Shown: positions 28,081 to 39,244 of the stretch, piece after piece | How positions within the stretch are numbered: position 1 is the first letter of the stretch | How the letters are laid out: the number at the start of each line of letters is the position of its first letter | DNA from: a virus | Strand: one strand, 5' to 3' | IMG/VR virus record: IMGVR_UViG_3300044627_003356 | Length of the DNA stretch: 64,000 nt | Translations under genes and position numbers: made by a program | The notes under the pieces: generated by a model | Databases searched by the model: none | Told to the model about the DNA's origin: nothing | Seen by the model: the letters and a program-made list of their open reading frames with translations, nothing else

Positions 28081-28916
28081 TTTATTTCCAATAATTGTGA
28101 TAATGTATAAGTGGATTCCATATATGTAGATGGATTATCCAATACACTATATTCTAAATCACCTTCTCGTTTTTGGCAATAGTTTACAGCGAAATCACAA
28201 TTGTTTACCAGTTTAAAAATATCTACCATTTCTTTAACGGTATGACCTTTACCATGTCCTAGATTTTGTAATGAGTTGGCCGGCGTTTCAATTGCCTTTT
28301 TGATAGAATGGCATATTTCGTTCACATGAACATAATCTCTAACAGGTGTGCCATCTGGTGTATTGTAATTACCACCATATAGATTGAATGAACCTGTTTC
28401 TTTTGCTTTCATTAAGTTATACATCAACCCATCCATATTGGTGGGTGCAATCCCATCAGACCCAATCACATTATAAAATCTGAATGAAGTGAAAGTTTTT
28501 GAATTTTCAATGCAATATCTTTCCACTATATCTTCAGCACAACGCTTACTCAAGGCATATGGGTTGATGGGATTAGCTGCTGTGCCTGTTGAGGCAAATA
28601 CAAAATTTTTGAATTTAACATTTAACAATACATTGTGTGTACCATTAATGTTTGTATCATAATACTCATATGGTTTTAATACTGATTCGTTTACTTTGAC
28701 CAATGCGGCCAAATGTACCACAGTATCAAACTCATCAGAATAACATAATTGATAACCATTGGTAATATCATATGAAAGAAATTGTTTTGGTAACAAATAA
28801 TCATTCATACGTGGTTGATTGTCAAGGCCAAAAACCTCGTAGCCTTCCTTTTTGAGGAGCTTTACGAGGTGTTGACCAATGTAACCTGAACTACCAGTTA
28901 TCAATATTTTTTTCAT
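28077..28916 (-). CDS. NAD-dependent epimerase/dehydratase (GalE-like)
   Basis: MKKILITGSSGYIG, HLAA, YALSK, RFYNV, DGTPVRDYVHV; start reassigned. Confidence 0.9.
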   Translation of the reverse strand: MKKILITGSSGYIGQHLVKLLKKEGYEVFGLDNQPRMNDYLLPKQFLSYDITNGYQLCYSDEFDTVVHLAALVKVNESVLKPYEYYDTNINGTHNVLLNVKFKNFVFASTGTAANPINPYALSKRCAEDIVERYCIENSKTFTSFRFYNVIGSDGIAPTNMDGLMYNLMKAKETGSFNLYGGNYNTPDGTPVRDYVHVNEICHSIKKAIETPANSLQNLGHGKGHTVKEMVDIFKLVNNCDFAVNYCQKREGDLEYSVLDNPSTYMESTYTLSQLLEIK

Positions 28917-28932
28917 AATAAAATTTAGTTTA

Positions 28933-29370
28933 TTACTGTTCTGCTTTGTGTGCTGCCAAGGTTTTTGTAAATTTATTAGCATGACTGCGTTCTGCTTTGG
29001 CTAATGTTTCAAACCAATCGGCAATCTCATCAAAGCCTTCATCACGAGCAGTTTTTGCCATACCAGGATACATATCGGTATACTCATGTGTTTCGCCAGC
29101 AATCGCAGATTCAAGAGCCTCTGTGACACTACCTGCGGGTAGACCTGTTTCGGGATCACCTGCACCACCTGTAATCAAATACTCCATGTGACCGTGTGCA
29201 TGACCCGTTTCACCTTCTGCTGTGCTACGGAATACTGCTGCAACATCTGGTGCACCAGCAACGTCAGCCATGTTTGCGAAATACAAATAGCGGCGGTTGG
29301 CTTTGGATTCGCCTGCAAATGCATCTTTCAATGCCTGTTCGGTAAGAGTACCTTTTACTGTTTTTGCCAT
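28933..29370 (-). CDS. rbr: Rubrerythrin
   Basis: [44 protein letters not shown]. Confidence 0.95.
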   Translation of the reverse strand: MAKTVKGTLTEQALKDAFAGESKANRRYLYFANMADVAGAPDVAAVFRSTAEGETGHAHGHMEYLITGGAGDPETGLPAGSVTEALESAIAGETHEYTDMYPGMAKTARDEGFDEIADWFETLAKAERSHANKFTKTLAAHKAEQ

Positions 29371-29382
29371 ACTATTTTCTCC

Positions 29383-29517
29383 TTAAATTAATGAATATTC
29401 ATCTTTGTAACAGCCACATTCGGGACAGATAAAATTATCTGACAAAGTTTCCCATTTACCTTCGGTCATTTCATCGTGAACATGACCACAAACACCACAA
29501 ACATACTGTTGTTCCAT
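29383..29517 (-). CDS. Rubredoxin (44 aa)
   Basis: Manual translation MEQQYVCGVCGHVHDEMTEGKWETLSDNFICPECGCYKDEYSLI; two CxxCG motifs; strong RBS. Confidence 0.9.
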   Translation of the reverse strand: MEQQYVCGVCGHVHDEMTEGKWETLSDNFICPECGCYKDEYSLI

Positions 29518-29561
29518 ACTTCTCTCCTTTAATAGTAATAAACTAACATCATTACTTATAC

Positions 29562-29629
29562 ATAGTTTATCACTATTACACAGTTTTGTCTAATGATATT
29601 TTTATATGTTCCTAATCAATAAAATCAAT
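29562..29629 (-). promoter_or_regulatory. Putative OxyR-type operator and promoter of rubredoxin-rubrerythrin
   Basis: ATTG-N7-TGAT-N7-ATAT-N7-TCAT abutting -35 TAGACA; exact ATAG-N7-CTAT at 29562-29576. Confidence 0.5.
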
Positions 29630-30646
29630 CATCAGTCCACCATTCAATTTTAGGATTATTTCTTTCATACATTTCAACCAATTGATCCATAGTCCACATA
29701 TCATCTGTTTCAACCGTATTCAACCAATTACCAAATCGAGCCCATGATTCATCTTTCATAGGATCAACACCAATCTCAGCACCAAATTGACCTAAATCTT
29801 CACCACGGCAATCAATACGACCACACGAATAACCTTGAATCACCTCATCATACTCAAATGATTCACCAGCTTTTCTGCCAGTTAATGAAGAATCTTCTGT
29901 TAATGTTTTAGTAACTCTTTTAATGAGGCCACGGTCTCTATACCATTGCATACTGGCCACACCCATCCAGTTTGTACTATATCTAACAGGCATAATTTAA
30001 TTCTTTCCAATTTGTACTCTCAGGCATAATTTCAATTTTGTAATCTGCCTTATCAATAAAGTTTGCTAACACACTGCCGCCATAACCATTGGTGCCGTAT
30101 GAATTCTTGTGGCAAGAATATATCGATCCAGAATAACCATGAAAATCATAGCAATCATTTACCAAATCAACTTTAACAATACCACTATTCATTTTCCATG
30201 AATCAGAGCCGGCATATCCACCATACCAACAGGCAAATACCTTGTATAATGATTCTTTATCGGTTGTAATCTTCACCACAACCCATCTATCTGGTGTATA
30301 ATCACTCATCAATTTTCTCAATCTTCAATAATTGGCCATTCATGAATAGCGCTTTATATTCTATCCATTTATCGGCCTTATAACCACCATTCTCTTTATC
30401 TTCACGATAGAACCGAATGGCACCATCAAAATCCCAACAATGTACCCAACGATGATTGAATTGCTTCAAATGACCGCCAAAGAGTCCTTCTTCTTCAACC
30501 CACTCAGCATCATAATCTTCATGCCACAAATATATGTGGCCAGAATCTTGGTCATGTTCAATTTTGTATTTGTCCAAAGTTTGGCAAGGTGTATCTTTAG
30601 TTTGATACACCTCACCTTGGTAATGAATCTCATCAAACATTCCCAT
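29625..30646 (-). other. Three hypothetical CDSs (29625-29993, 29983-30321, 30302-30646)
   Basis: Coupled ORFs with phage-typical starts (YTPDRWVVV, MGMFD). Confidence 0.65.
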
Positions 30647-31522
30647 TTAAACCTCCAAATATTGCAGTTTAAATTCTTTTGCTCTCTGTTCATAACCAAC
30701 ATAACCACGAGGATTACAAACTACTCTTGTACCACCAACCATATAATCAGATACATTGTGCATATGGCCATGGGTCCACACTTTAATTTGTGGCCGATCC
30801 ATAATGAACTCGGTCAAATCAGAAGCAAACGCACCATTCATTAGTGTATCATGTTTATAACACTCAGCAATACTAATTGGTGATGGTGCATGGTGTGTTA
30901 CCACAACATATTGTTTTGTTTTATTTTCAGTAGCAATCTTTATGTAGTCCAACATTTTCTTATGGTCTTCCACAGAATCTTCGGTTGACCACTTTGAAGG
31001 TGACTGATAATGATCCACAGTTTTAATAGTCAAAGTGCCATCTTCATTTCGCTCACTCTCATGGTAAACATTTTTCTTATGCTGAACCATACGATTGCTA
31101 TTTGTAATCAAACGAAAATCGTTCATCGATTTGCTACAATGCCACAAAGTTAATGAATCACCTCTGTTCATATCTGTCCATAATGTACCAGCAACAAAGG
31201 TCGTGCCATTATGTTCCCATGTTTCTTTTTCAAGCAAATGAATGTTTGGCAAATCGGCCAATTCAGCTTTTAATCTATCATAGGTTTTAGCAATGTCAAA
31301 ATCATAATGCTCGTGATTACCCATAATATACACGACATGAGGAAATTGAAACGAGCACCGCTTAAAGAAATCTTTGACCATCATTCTTTCTTTTGGCTTA
31401 TGATTAAATACTTTAGCGGTACAGATATCCCCACTCAAAACAAGAACGTCAGCATTCTCCTCATTCTTTAAAATGAGGTCTGCAAATTCTAAGTGAATAT
31501 CTGACGCTAACGCAATTTTCAT
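30647..31522 (-). CDS. Calcineurin-like metallophosphoesterase
   Basis: SDIHLEF, LSGDI, GNHEHY, THHAPS, HGHMH, NPRGY. Confidence 0.92.
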   Translation of the reverse strand: MKIALASDIHLEFADLILKNEENADVLVLSGDICTAKVFNHKPKERMMVKDFFKRCSFQFPHVVYIMGNHEHYDFDIAKTYDRLKAELADLPNIHLLEKETWEHNGTTFVAGTLWTDMNRGDSLTLWHCSKSMNDFRLITNSNRMVQHKKNVYHESERNEDGTLTIKTVDHYQSPSKWSTEDSVEDHKKMLDYIKIATENKTKQYVVVTHHAPSPISIAECYKHDTLMNGAFASDLTEFIMDRPQIKVWTHGHMHNVSDYMVGGTRVVCNPRGYVGYEQRAKEFKLQYLEV

Positions 31523-33693
31523 TTAATGTACCTGTTTTCTTTCTTGTTCAGTTTCACCAATAATATTTTTTGGTGATTCTAATAGTTTTAAATAATCTTC
31601 TTCAATGTTGGCCTGTTTAGCCAACCATGTTAATCGTGCTAATATGATGGCAGTCAGGTTCAATGGATGGATTTCAAATGTAGTCAACCATTTTAATATT
31701 TCAGTATCTACATCCATTGACAACTGTTCCAACATTTCATCATCCATTATTTCTTCTCCATAATATGTTTGATAACAATACTGGCTTCAGGAAATCCTTG
31801 TTTTTCTCTACTCTCAACTGCCGCTTCAATTAGATTGAATTGTGTTTCATGTAACATCGAGAGAAATTTTGGAATGTCAGCACGACCTATTTTGATAGAA
31901 ATAGGTTTCTGTGATGTTGAATACACTTTGCCATACCTGGTTTTTCCATCAGATGAAATATATTTACTATATTCTGGATTATCGTTTGGCATTTTTCTTT
32001 TCTGCTTTCTCTAATTGTTCACGCAATGCAGCACATTCTTCATTCAACATTTTGTTCTCACGAACTAAATCCATCACCACAGTTTCAAATTGATTCCACA
32101 ATTTATTAAATTTAATTTCATAATTGTTGGCAATACCCAAGATATGGTTAGATACATTGTCTTGGTTGAATTCTAACCAACCATCAAAAAGACCTTCATC
32201 AAGGTCTTTGAGGTCATCAGTAATATTCCAACATTTTAAAATCTGTTGTTCAAAATCAAATCTATCGCTGGGCATATGTATTCATCCATTCCATTAATAC
32301 AGTTCTAGCTTCTCTGCGGTCAACACCAAATGCCTGTTGCAAATAAGGACCAGCACCAAACATATTGGTTACACCTGTTTCACGCAAGGTGTCCAAGTAT
32401 TCAAACATTTCATTTTTATCAATATTCATAATTAATCCAATAAAGTCATATACGCTTCACAATTGTGCTCTCTAAACCAATCAAGGCCTTTACGCACACC
32501 CTTATAATCACCAATCAATTCACAACCTTTGACGTAATCATATACTGCCACTTCATCAGGTGATAACATCACGCTTTCACCACTAAATGGATTTTCTACA
32601 CAAACTGGCTCAAAATCCAAAATCATAATACCTGGAAAAATATCTTTAATAGATTTATTGATTGCTTTTTTCATAACAAAAACTCCTTCTCAATTTGAAC
32701 TGCCATTATAACACAACCACGGTGGTAATCAAGCGGTCTGTTGTATGGACACAACACTTTTTAGTCTATGTGGAGCGCCTCTGGTGACAGTATCCCTATG
32801 ACTATAAGCCCTAGTGCTATGGCACAGAATAAGAGACCTCCAAGCGCTTCTGGTGAGAAATCTAGTGTATTTTTACTAGAGTATTCCATGCCAGCGGCAA
32901 ATGCACAAAGCAATGCAAAGATTAAAAGAATGATGGACATTTAACACCATGTCCGATGCTTCTCAGCAATATGTTCCAAACCATCATATTCTTCAATCTG
33001 CCATGCCACGCCATAAGGAATTTCCACAATCTTTAATGATGCAGCCCAACCATGAGCTTTGTCACCAAACTCCTCAATCACAGCAATTAAATCTGGATCG
33101 TTTCGTGGTTCATAATACTCATATTGAGAAATGAAATACTCATCATCACCCGCATGGCCTTTGGCATAATAATTTGAACAACCAAATTGTGATTCAGATA
33201 TTTCAAACTCAATACCTTTTCGTTTCAGCAAGGCTTCAAAGGCCTCATCAGAGAGGCCAAATCCACCGTGCTGTCTATTAATTGCAATTTTCATTTTGTC
33301 ATTTCATCTACAATTTTTCTAAATTCTTCTTCGGTCATTTTTTCATAAGGAGAATAATTCAACATCTGTGAACCACCTATACTATAGGCATAATGAAAGA
33401 TTTTAACATTATCTTCCTCTTCCTCTATGCTAAACCAATAACTATAATCTTTATAATGCCAAATACTTTTCATATTATCTCAACTCATATTGTTTATATA
33501 TCAAGCCACCTTGATTCTTTGCATACTTTACAAACTCTTTTGGTTTACAGGCAGCCACCACTTTTGTACCAACTTCTTTGAAAACATTATTGTAATACGA
33601 TTCTTTGACAGAACAATCCACTTTCATATCATAATGCGAATGCACCTGATAATTGTTTGGTGTGTTCAAATAGAAAATTAAAATCCAACCCAT
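31523..33693 (-). other. Run of small early hypothetical CDSs (31523-31747, 31747-31992, 31979-32275, 32262-32429, 32432-32674, 32761-32940, 32941-33294, 33291-33473, 33475-33693)
   Basis: Tightly packed minus-strand ORFs. Confidence 0.65.
32705..32756 (-). promoter_or_regulatory. Early promoter with upstream TGTTG-N8-CAACA operator
   Basis: TTGATT-N16-TATAAT; palindrome at 32739-32756. Confidence 0.7.
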
Positions 33694-33711
33694 GATATAG
33701 AACTCCTTGTC

Positions 33712-33922
33712 ATATTGAAACACACTGGTATCTCGGAGTGTATATGTAGAGCAGACCGGCCGGTTCTCTCTACTTCAACTCCCCATTGAATCTGGATCAA
33801 GATTCAACTCAATGTGTTTCAATATAACGCCATATTAAAACACACCATCAGCTTACGCCTTTGCTACCAGAGTAATCGGTTCGTATGGTGTGTTTTAATA
33901 TGGCGGCCTCTCCCGAGGGGCC
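33712..33922 (-). ncRNA. Two tandem stem-bracketed structured RNA elements
   Basis: Inverted repeats ATATTGAAACACA/TGTGTTTCAATAT (33712-33825) and a perfect 21-bp IR (33828-33905); internal hairpins. Confidence 0.5.
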
Positions 33923-33934
33923 ATATTCTACTAC

Positions 33935-34267
33935 TTACGCTGTAACGGGTTGGTCAACAACAGGTTTTACAGCAGGCTGAGCAGGTTTTGCAACTGCTTT
34001 GCCTTTGTAACGGCCATTGCTATCGAACTCGGTGAAATTAACCAATTGATATGCCTTTACTTTACGGCCATCTTTGATTACTTTCACAATACCACCATCT
34101 TTACGAATGTTATAGATGTTGGTTGAGAGGCGGTACAGCACTGCCTCTTGATTGGTGCCTTTGAAAACTGTAGCAATCTCATCAGGACTTACAGGTTTGC
34201 CAGACAACAACACTTGGGTAATTTTCTCATGACGGTTTACCTTACCTTTACGAACTGTTAAAGCCAT
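33935..34267 (-). CDS. Hypothetical basic protein, possible winged-helix DNA-binding
   Basis: Own promoter TTGCCA-N17-TACAAT at 34323-34351. Confidence 0.6.
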   Translation of the reverse strand: MALTVRKGKVNRHEKITQVLLSGKPVSPDEIATVFKGTNQEAVLYRLSTNIYNIRKDGGIVKVIKDGRKVKAYQLVNFTEFDSNGRYKGKAVAKPAQPAVKPVVDQPVTA

Positions 34268-34328
34268 ACTAATACTCCTATCAAATTAAACATAATATAA
34301 ATTACTACACACTACATTGACCATTGTA

Positions 34329-35498
34329 TCACACCTGTGGTTGATTGGCAACCTCGGTTGTGGTAGAAATGGTACTTGTATTCGCTGGTGATTCAACGGT
34401 GTTATCCACTTTTGAATACAAATCTAAGAATGCCATTTTAGTTTCGGCATCAAAACGATTCACACAAAGCTCAATCGCTTTCATGCGGTCTTTAAATATA
34501 CCAAATGCCTTGGCAATATGTACCAAACGGCGAGTGGAAATAATCTCATCAGTAGCACCTTGGTCAAACGATTGGCGTACCACATCTGCCCATTGGCATA
34601 GATTCTCAACGAATTCTTTATCAGCAATTAACGGTGTAAGAATCTTACGCTCAGTTTTGGCATCAGGATATTCCTGTTCTACCGTGATTGGGAATCGCTC
34701 TAAGAAGGCATCATCAAGCACTTGTGATAGATAACGACCTTCTTCTGAACCACGACCTTTGGTGTTGGCGGTGGCAATCACGGTGAAACCATCGGCAGGT
34801 TTTACAACCTCACCAGTCTTTTTGTTGTAGTATGGTTTGCCTTCTAGAATGCCTTGCAAGCACATCAACTTATTAGAACCACGGTCAACTTCGTCAATCA
34901 ACAATACAGCACCTTTCTTCATTGCTTGAAGAACAGGACCATCACGATTCACCACATTACCATTGATAAGAGTAGGACCACCAAGCAGGTCGGTCTCATC
35001 AGTTTCAATGGAGATATTCACACGAATACATTCACGCTTGAGTTCAGCACACACTTGCTCAACCATCAAGGTCTTGCCGTTGCCTGATAAACCAGTAATG
35101 AATACAGGATAAAACATTTTAGATTTTACAATGCCAAACAAATCTTTGTAGAAACCAAATGGCACATAGCCTTCAAACTTAGTAGGCACGGCAGAATCAG
35201 ATTCATCCAACAATTTTGGTTGACGGAATTCCAACACTTGAGCAGGTTGTGCGTAGGCAATTTCCAATTCTTCTTCAACAACGGAAGCTTTTTGTTTCTT
35301 GGTGCCAATGTTAGGTAACAAATACTCACCACGGTTACCATTACGATATTCTGCTTTGGTTACAAACCAATATGGATATGGTACATCTGCCTCGCTGACC
35401 ACATGAGCAATGTTATCTCTGGTCAACACGGCACCAATGCCATATAATTTCTCGGCTGCCTCTACGAAAGCAATACCGTTTTTATTCAATTTATTCAT
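34329..35498 (-). CDS. MoxR/CbbQ/CobS-like AAA+ ATPase
   Basis: GLSGNGKT, LLIDEVD, ATANTKG, AFLERF, ISTRRL. Confidence 0.92.
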   Translation of the reverse strand: MNKLNKNGIAFVEAAEKLYGIGAVLTRDNIAHVVSEADVPYPYWFVTKAEYRNGNRGEYLLPNIGTKKQKASVVEEELEIAYAQPAQVLEFRQPKLLDESDSAVPTKFEGYVPFGFYKDLFGIVKSKMFYPVFITGLSGNGKTLMVEQVCAELKRECIRVNISIETDETDLLGGPTLINGNVVNRDGPVLQAMKKGAVLLIDEVDRGSNKLMCLQGILEGKPYYNKKTGEVVKPADGFTVIATANTKGRGSEEGRYLSQVLDDAFLERFPITVEQEYPDAKTERKILTPLIADKEFVENLCQWADVVRQSFDQGATDEIISTRRLVHIAKAFGIFKDRMKAIELCVNRFDAETKMAFLDLYSKVDNTVESPANTSTISTTTEVANQPQV

Positions 35499-35622
35499 AA
35501 CGAAAATCTTTCAATTTATGTTTAACCCGCCTTTTGAAGGCGACCTTTGACACCACTCTTTTTGGTTTGAATGGTGTATTACTACAAAACAATACGAAAT
35601 GTGCTCTAGTTTTTCTTTTCAT
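35491..35622 (-). CDS. Small basic protein, ArfA-like (43 aa)
   Basis: Manual translation MKRKTRAHFVLFCSNTPFKPKRVVSKVAFKRRVKHKLKDFRYE. Confidence 0.5.
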   Translation of the reverse strand: MKRKTRAHFVLFCSNTPFKPKRVVSKVAFKRRVKHKLKDFRYE

Positions 35623-35651
35623 AATCTACTATTTAATACTTTTAATACTTT

Positions 35652-35726
35652 TGGTACACGATACCAGAATCGAACTGGTCTTCCTGCCGTGAAAGGGCAA
35701 TGTCCTAACCGATAGACGAACCGTGC
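35652..35726 (-). tRNA. tRNA-Glu (UUC)
   Basis: GCACGGTTCGTCTATCGGTTAGGACATTGCCC-TTC-ACGGCAGGAAGACCAGTTCGATTCTGGTATCGTGTACCA; cloverleaf with T-loop GTTCGA and encoded CCA. Confidence 0.95.
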
Positions 35727-35739
35727 AATTTAAACTACC

Positions 35740-35791
35740 ATTATACAGGTACCACACAGGATGTCAACCAGCCTGTTGTTTTTTAGCAACA
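35740..35791 (-). promoter_or_regulatory. Promoter of tRNA-Glu with TGTTG-N8-CAACA operator
   Basis: TTGACA-N16-TATAAT; palindrome at 35774-35791. Confidence 0.75.
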
Positions 35792-36165
35792 CTTTCCGAA
35801 TGTTTACATTTACCACGATAACCATAACCAATACAATTACAATGATATTTACCACCAATCAACTCAACGGTATAGGTTTTACCACTATCCGATTTCACCT
35901 GCCAATTAGGAAAGTCTGATTGTAAAGTTTTTTCGGTTGATTGTAAAGTTACTGCAATTGATTGTAAACCTTTATGGTTCACTTTGACAAATTTACGCCT
36001 ACGGGTATCCATTGGGATTGGTTTGGTGAATATCTTAATCTCACCATCACTCTCACGAGCATAGGCCAATATATTAGACTTACCATCAAACAAATAGGTA
36101 TGACTAGGCACCACAAAATCTGGTTCATTCCATTCGGTAATTTCTTTGTATGCTGATATACCCAT
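35764..36165 (-). CDS. SWIM zinc-finger protein
   Basis: SDSGKTYTV...CNCIGYGYRGKCKH. Confidence 0.75.
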   Translation of the reverse strand: MGISAYKEITEWNEPDFVVPSHTYLFDGKSNILAYARESDGEIKIFTKPIPMDTRRRKFVKVNHKGLQSIAVTLQSTEKTLQSDFPNWQVKSDSGKTYTVELIGGKYHCNCIGYGYRGKCKHSESVAKKQQAG

Positions 36166-39100
36166 TATTCATCTTTCCATTGGTCGTTTTCACCACAATC
36201 AATCCAAACATTCCAAATCTTGGCGTTAGGCCAACCAAATTTAATACTATACACCGCCTCTTGTGCTGAAATGGCGGTCACTTCTTCATATTGAGTATGA
36301 ACCGAATCATCCACAAATTCTACGAGGTAATAATTCATTCTTCGTTTTCCTCGCCACCAACATAAACTTCTTTATAAATTATTTTGATGGTTTCATCTGG
36401 ATGCTCATCAGCACAATACTCTCTCACTTCTTGAACTTCATAAAAGCTCACATGGATGGTACGACCTGATTCAAATTCAACCATGTATACACTTTCAAAA
36501 TCTGAATCATAACTCATGCTGTTTCCTTTTCTTTACAGAACTCCACAAATTCAGGCAGTGAACCAGAGAAAATAACTTCACTATCATAATCACTACTCAT
36601 ACCAAACATATTGCAACCACAATAATACACTTCAATTTTGAATTCACCATCAACATTCAAAATATGATATTCGTAATCCTGTCCACATGATTGTTGAACA
36701 ACAGGATGAATATAAAATCCACCAGATGATTGTTTGAAATTTGCAATCATCTGTGCAGCCAAACAACCCATGCCATTGAAGAATTTCTCATTGGCACCAA
36801 GGCGTAAGCCATTGGTCATTGTACCGCTCGATAGAAACTCTGCCAACTCAGCACCATGGCCTGTTGGATAACCATCGTATTGGCGGTACATATTGACAAT
36901 ACGCTCTGCGGCCTCACCACTCTTGGATTCTTCATATACAAATGTTAAACTTCTGGTGCCCATAATTAAACTCCACTCAAATTAGTATTATAACGCTCTT
37001 CATAAATTTTGATAATTGTATCGTCAGTCAATTCACGCAAATTATCAGTCAACAAATCTTTGGTAAGGTCAATCAATTCAGCTTTTTTTAGCTTTTTCAT
37101 TTGAACCATGCCATCTTCTACCAACTCACTAATCAATCTGTTAATCACTCTACTCATATAATCTCCAAAAAATAAGGTTTGGTTTACATTATCTCAGTTG
37201 AAACCAAAAAACTATCAGCCGCTGTTTTGGCTTTTTAAAGTCTGCCACGGATATTCCTCCAGTAAGACCAAGCAATGTGATTTTCCTACACATTACTACG
37301 CACATCGGATTAAACTAGTTACACCGTATGCGATTTTTTATACTCAACACCACGCAAAAATGCCTCACGCTCAATACGAAGCTCACGGACAGTCCGTGCA
37401 TCACGCTCATACACATCAAACGCTTTTGCATCACGCTTACGGGTAGAACTTTGATTAAAGCTTGGTCGTGGACCACGGAACATTACAAAATACTTGGTGA
37501 AATCAATAAATTGCTTGATTTGTTCATAATTGTCAATTGGCACAGCTTTGTAAACTGACCGAAAACCAATTGGTGAAAGATGATTAGCAAATATAGATTG
37601 CATAATATCTTCTTTCTGTTGATAATTTAGTTTCATACAGTTTCCTTTTCTACTGGTGTAAACATTTTACGAGCATCATTCATAAACACACGGCACGCCG
37701 TATTTTCATCAGGCCAAAAATGGTCACATTTACCATCCACCTGATACTTGTCATATTCTTGTAAAATTTCCAAAATACCTGTACCACGATGTTTGGCCAT
37801 TTCTTGAACAATATTACACGCTCTACTAATATCCATATTAACCTCTACTCAAATTAATTACACGAAAATCAAATTCCATAAAACTCGTTTGATGTGGAAC
37901 AAATACAATCTTTCCTACACGATTACGAGGATTAGGTTTAGTTTCGTATTTCTTAAACTTATCAACTGTCACCGTGACCTTGTAAGAATTAAAACCAGAT
38001 TCATTACAATTGGCCTGTTCTACAACACCTTCAATAAAAGCATCATCACGACCTGCACATGGCTTAAAATCATATGCACGGATAATATCACCAACTTTTG
38101 CAACATTTTCAAATTTCAACATAATATCTCCTAATCAATCAATACAAACCATTATACAGGTATTGGACTATACCACAACCAACATGGCATACTCCGATAA
38201 CAATACTTGGCCAATTTTTATCAAAGTGTTGTATCAAAACAACGCACCGGCCAGATATATGGACAATAATACGGAATTCACTAAAATAATACAATTTTCT
38301 CTTATTCTATATCCCCATATTATCCATAATACGCATCCTATATTGAATGCGTAGATATTATAAGGATATAGATTGGCGGCTGTCAATACTGCACCAATTA
38401 AGGTAATAATTGTTGCCGACCATTTTAAGATACTGTTTGACACTTATGCGCCCTATTCTTTTTAATAGAATAACCATTTAGTAAAACCCACTCCACATAC
38501 GCCTCAACAATTAGTGGTGTATCTGGCGTTTTCTGTTGTAATGCCTTTAATTCTTTAATTGTAAATTCCCATCTATTCATTATGTTTACCTTCATATATT
38601 TCAATAAATTCATCACCACAATATACATCATATCCATTGCTAAGCAAAGACATCATTGTGGCCGCTGTTGATTCTTTAGATAAACCAACACCTAAAGTCT
38701 TTTCCCACTCTCTGACGACATCATACCATGTTGTATTGTTTTCCCAACAGTCATAATGGGTATACTCAATTGGTTCCAAATCATCAGGTTGTATTGTATA
38801 TAACATTCCCATAATATTATTCAATTTCCACTATATTAAAAACACTAGATTCCAAATCAATTTCTTTCCATGTGGTAAAATCTAAATCACCGCCGTCAAA
38901 TTGATTGTGAATATTCTTTATTGATTCTGCTTCAACCTCTGCTTCATAATAGATTGTCGAGGCAATCGTTACTTTAAATTTATTCACACGGCCTCCTTAA
39001 ACCAAGCATTCCAAAGCTCACGCTCATTCATTTCCTGCACCAATTGTTCTTCGGTGTAGTTTTCGTAGCCTTTAAAACCAGTATACAAAATTTCTGCCAA

Positions 39101-39244
39101 TACTGATAAATCATTTTGATTGGCATCAGCCATAATACTATCAATATCATTATCAACCAACATTTCAATCATTTCACGGCGTCTACTCATCTTCGTTCTC
39201 CTCTTCCCATTCACGCATTGATTCGGTGATACCATACATTTCAT
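36165..39244 (-). other. Cluster of small early hypothetical CDSs (36165-36338, 36335-36517, 36514-36963, 36966-37157, 37319-37636, 37633-37836, 37838-38122, 38234-38443 membrane, 38573-38824, 38984-39244)
   Basis: Co-oriented short ORFs; promoter at 38151-38178 and operator at 38227-38244. Confidence 0.6.

Noticed and set aside
33694-33723. N-terminal extension of ORF 33475..33723
   Set aside because: An AAGGAG RBS precedes the ATG at 33693, and the extension overlaps the structured RNA stem
34329-35498. CobS/CobT as cobalamin-synthesis auxiliary genes
   Set aside because: No CobN or other cob genes in the window; better explained as the generic MoxR-vWA chaperone pair of T4-like phages
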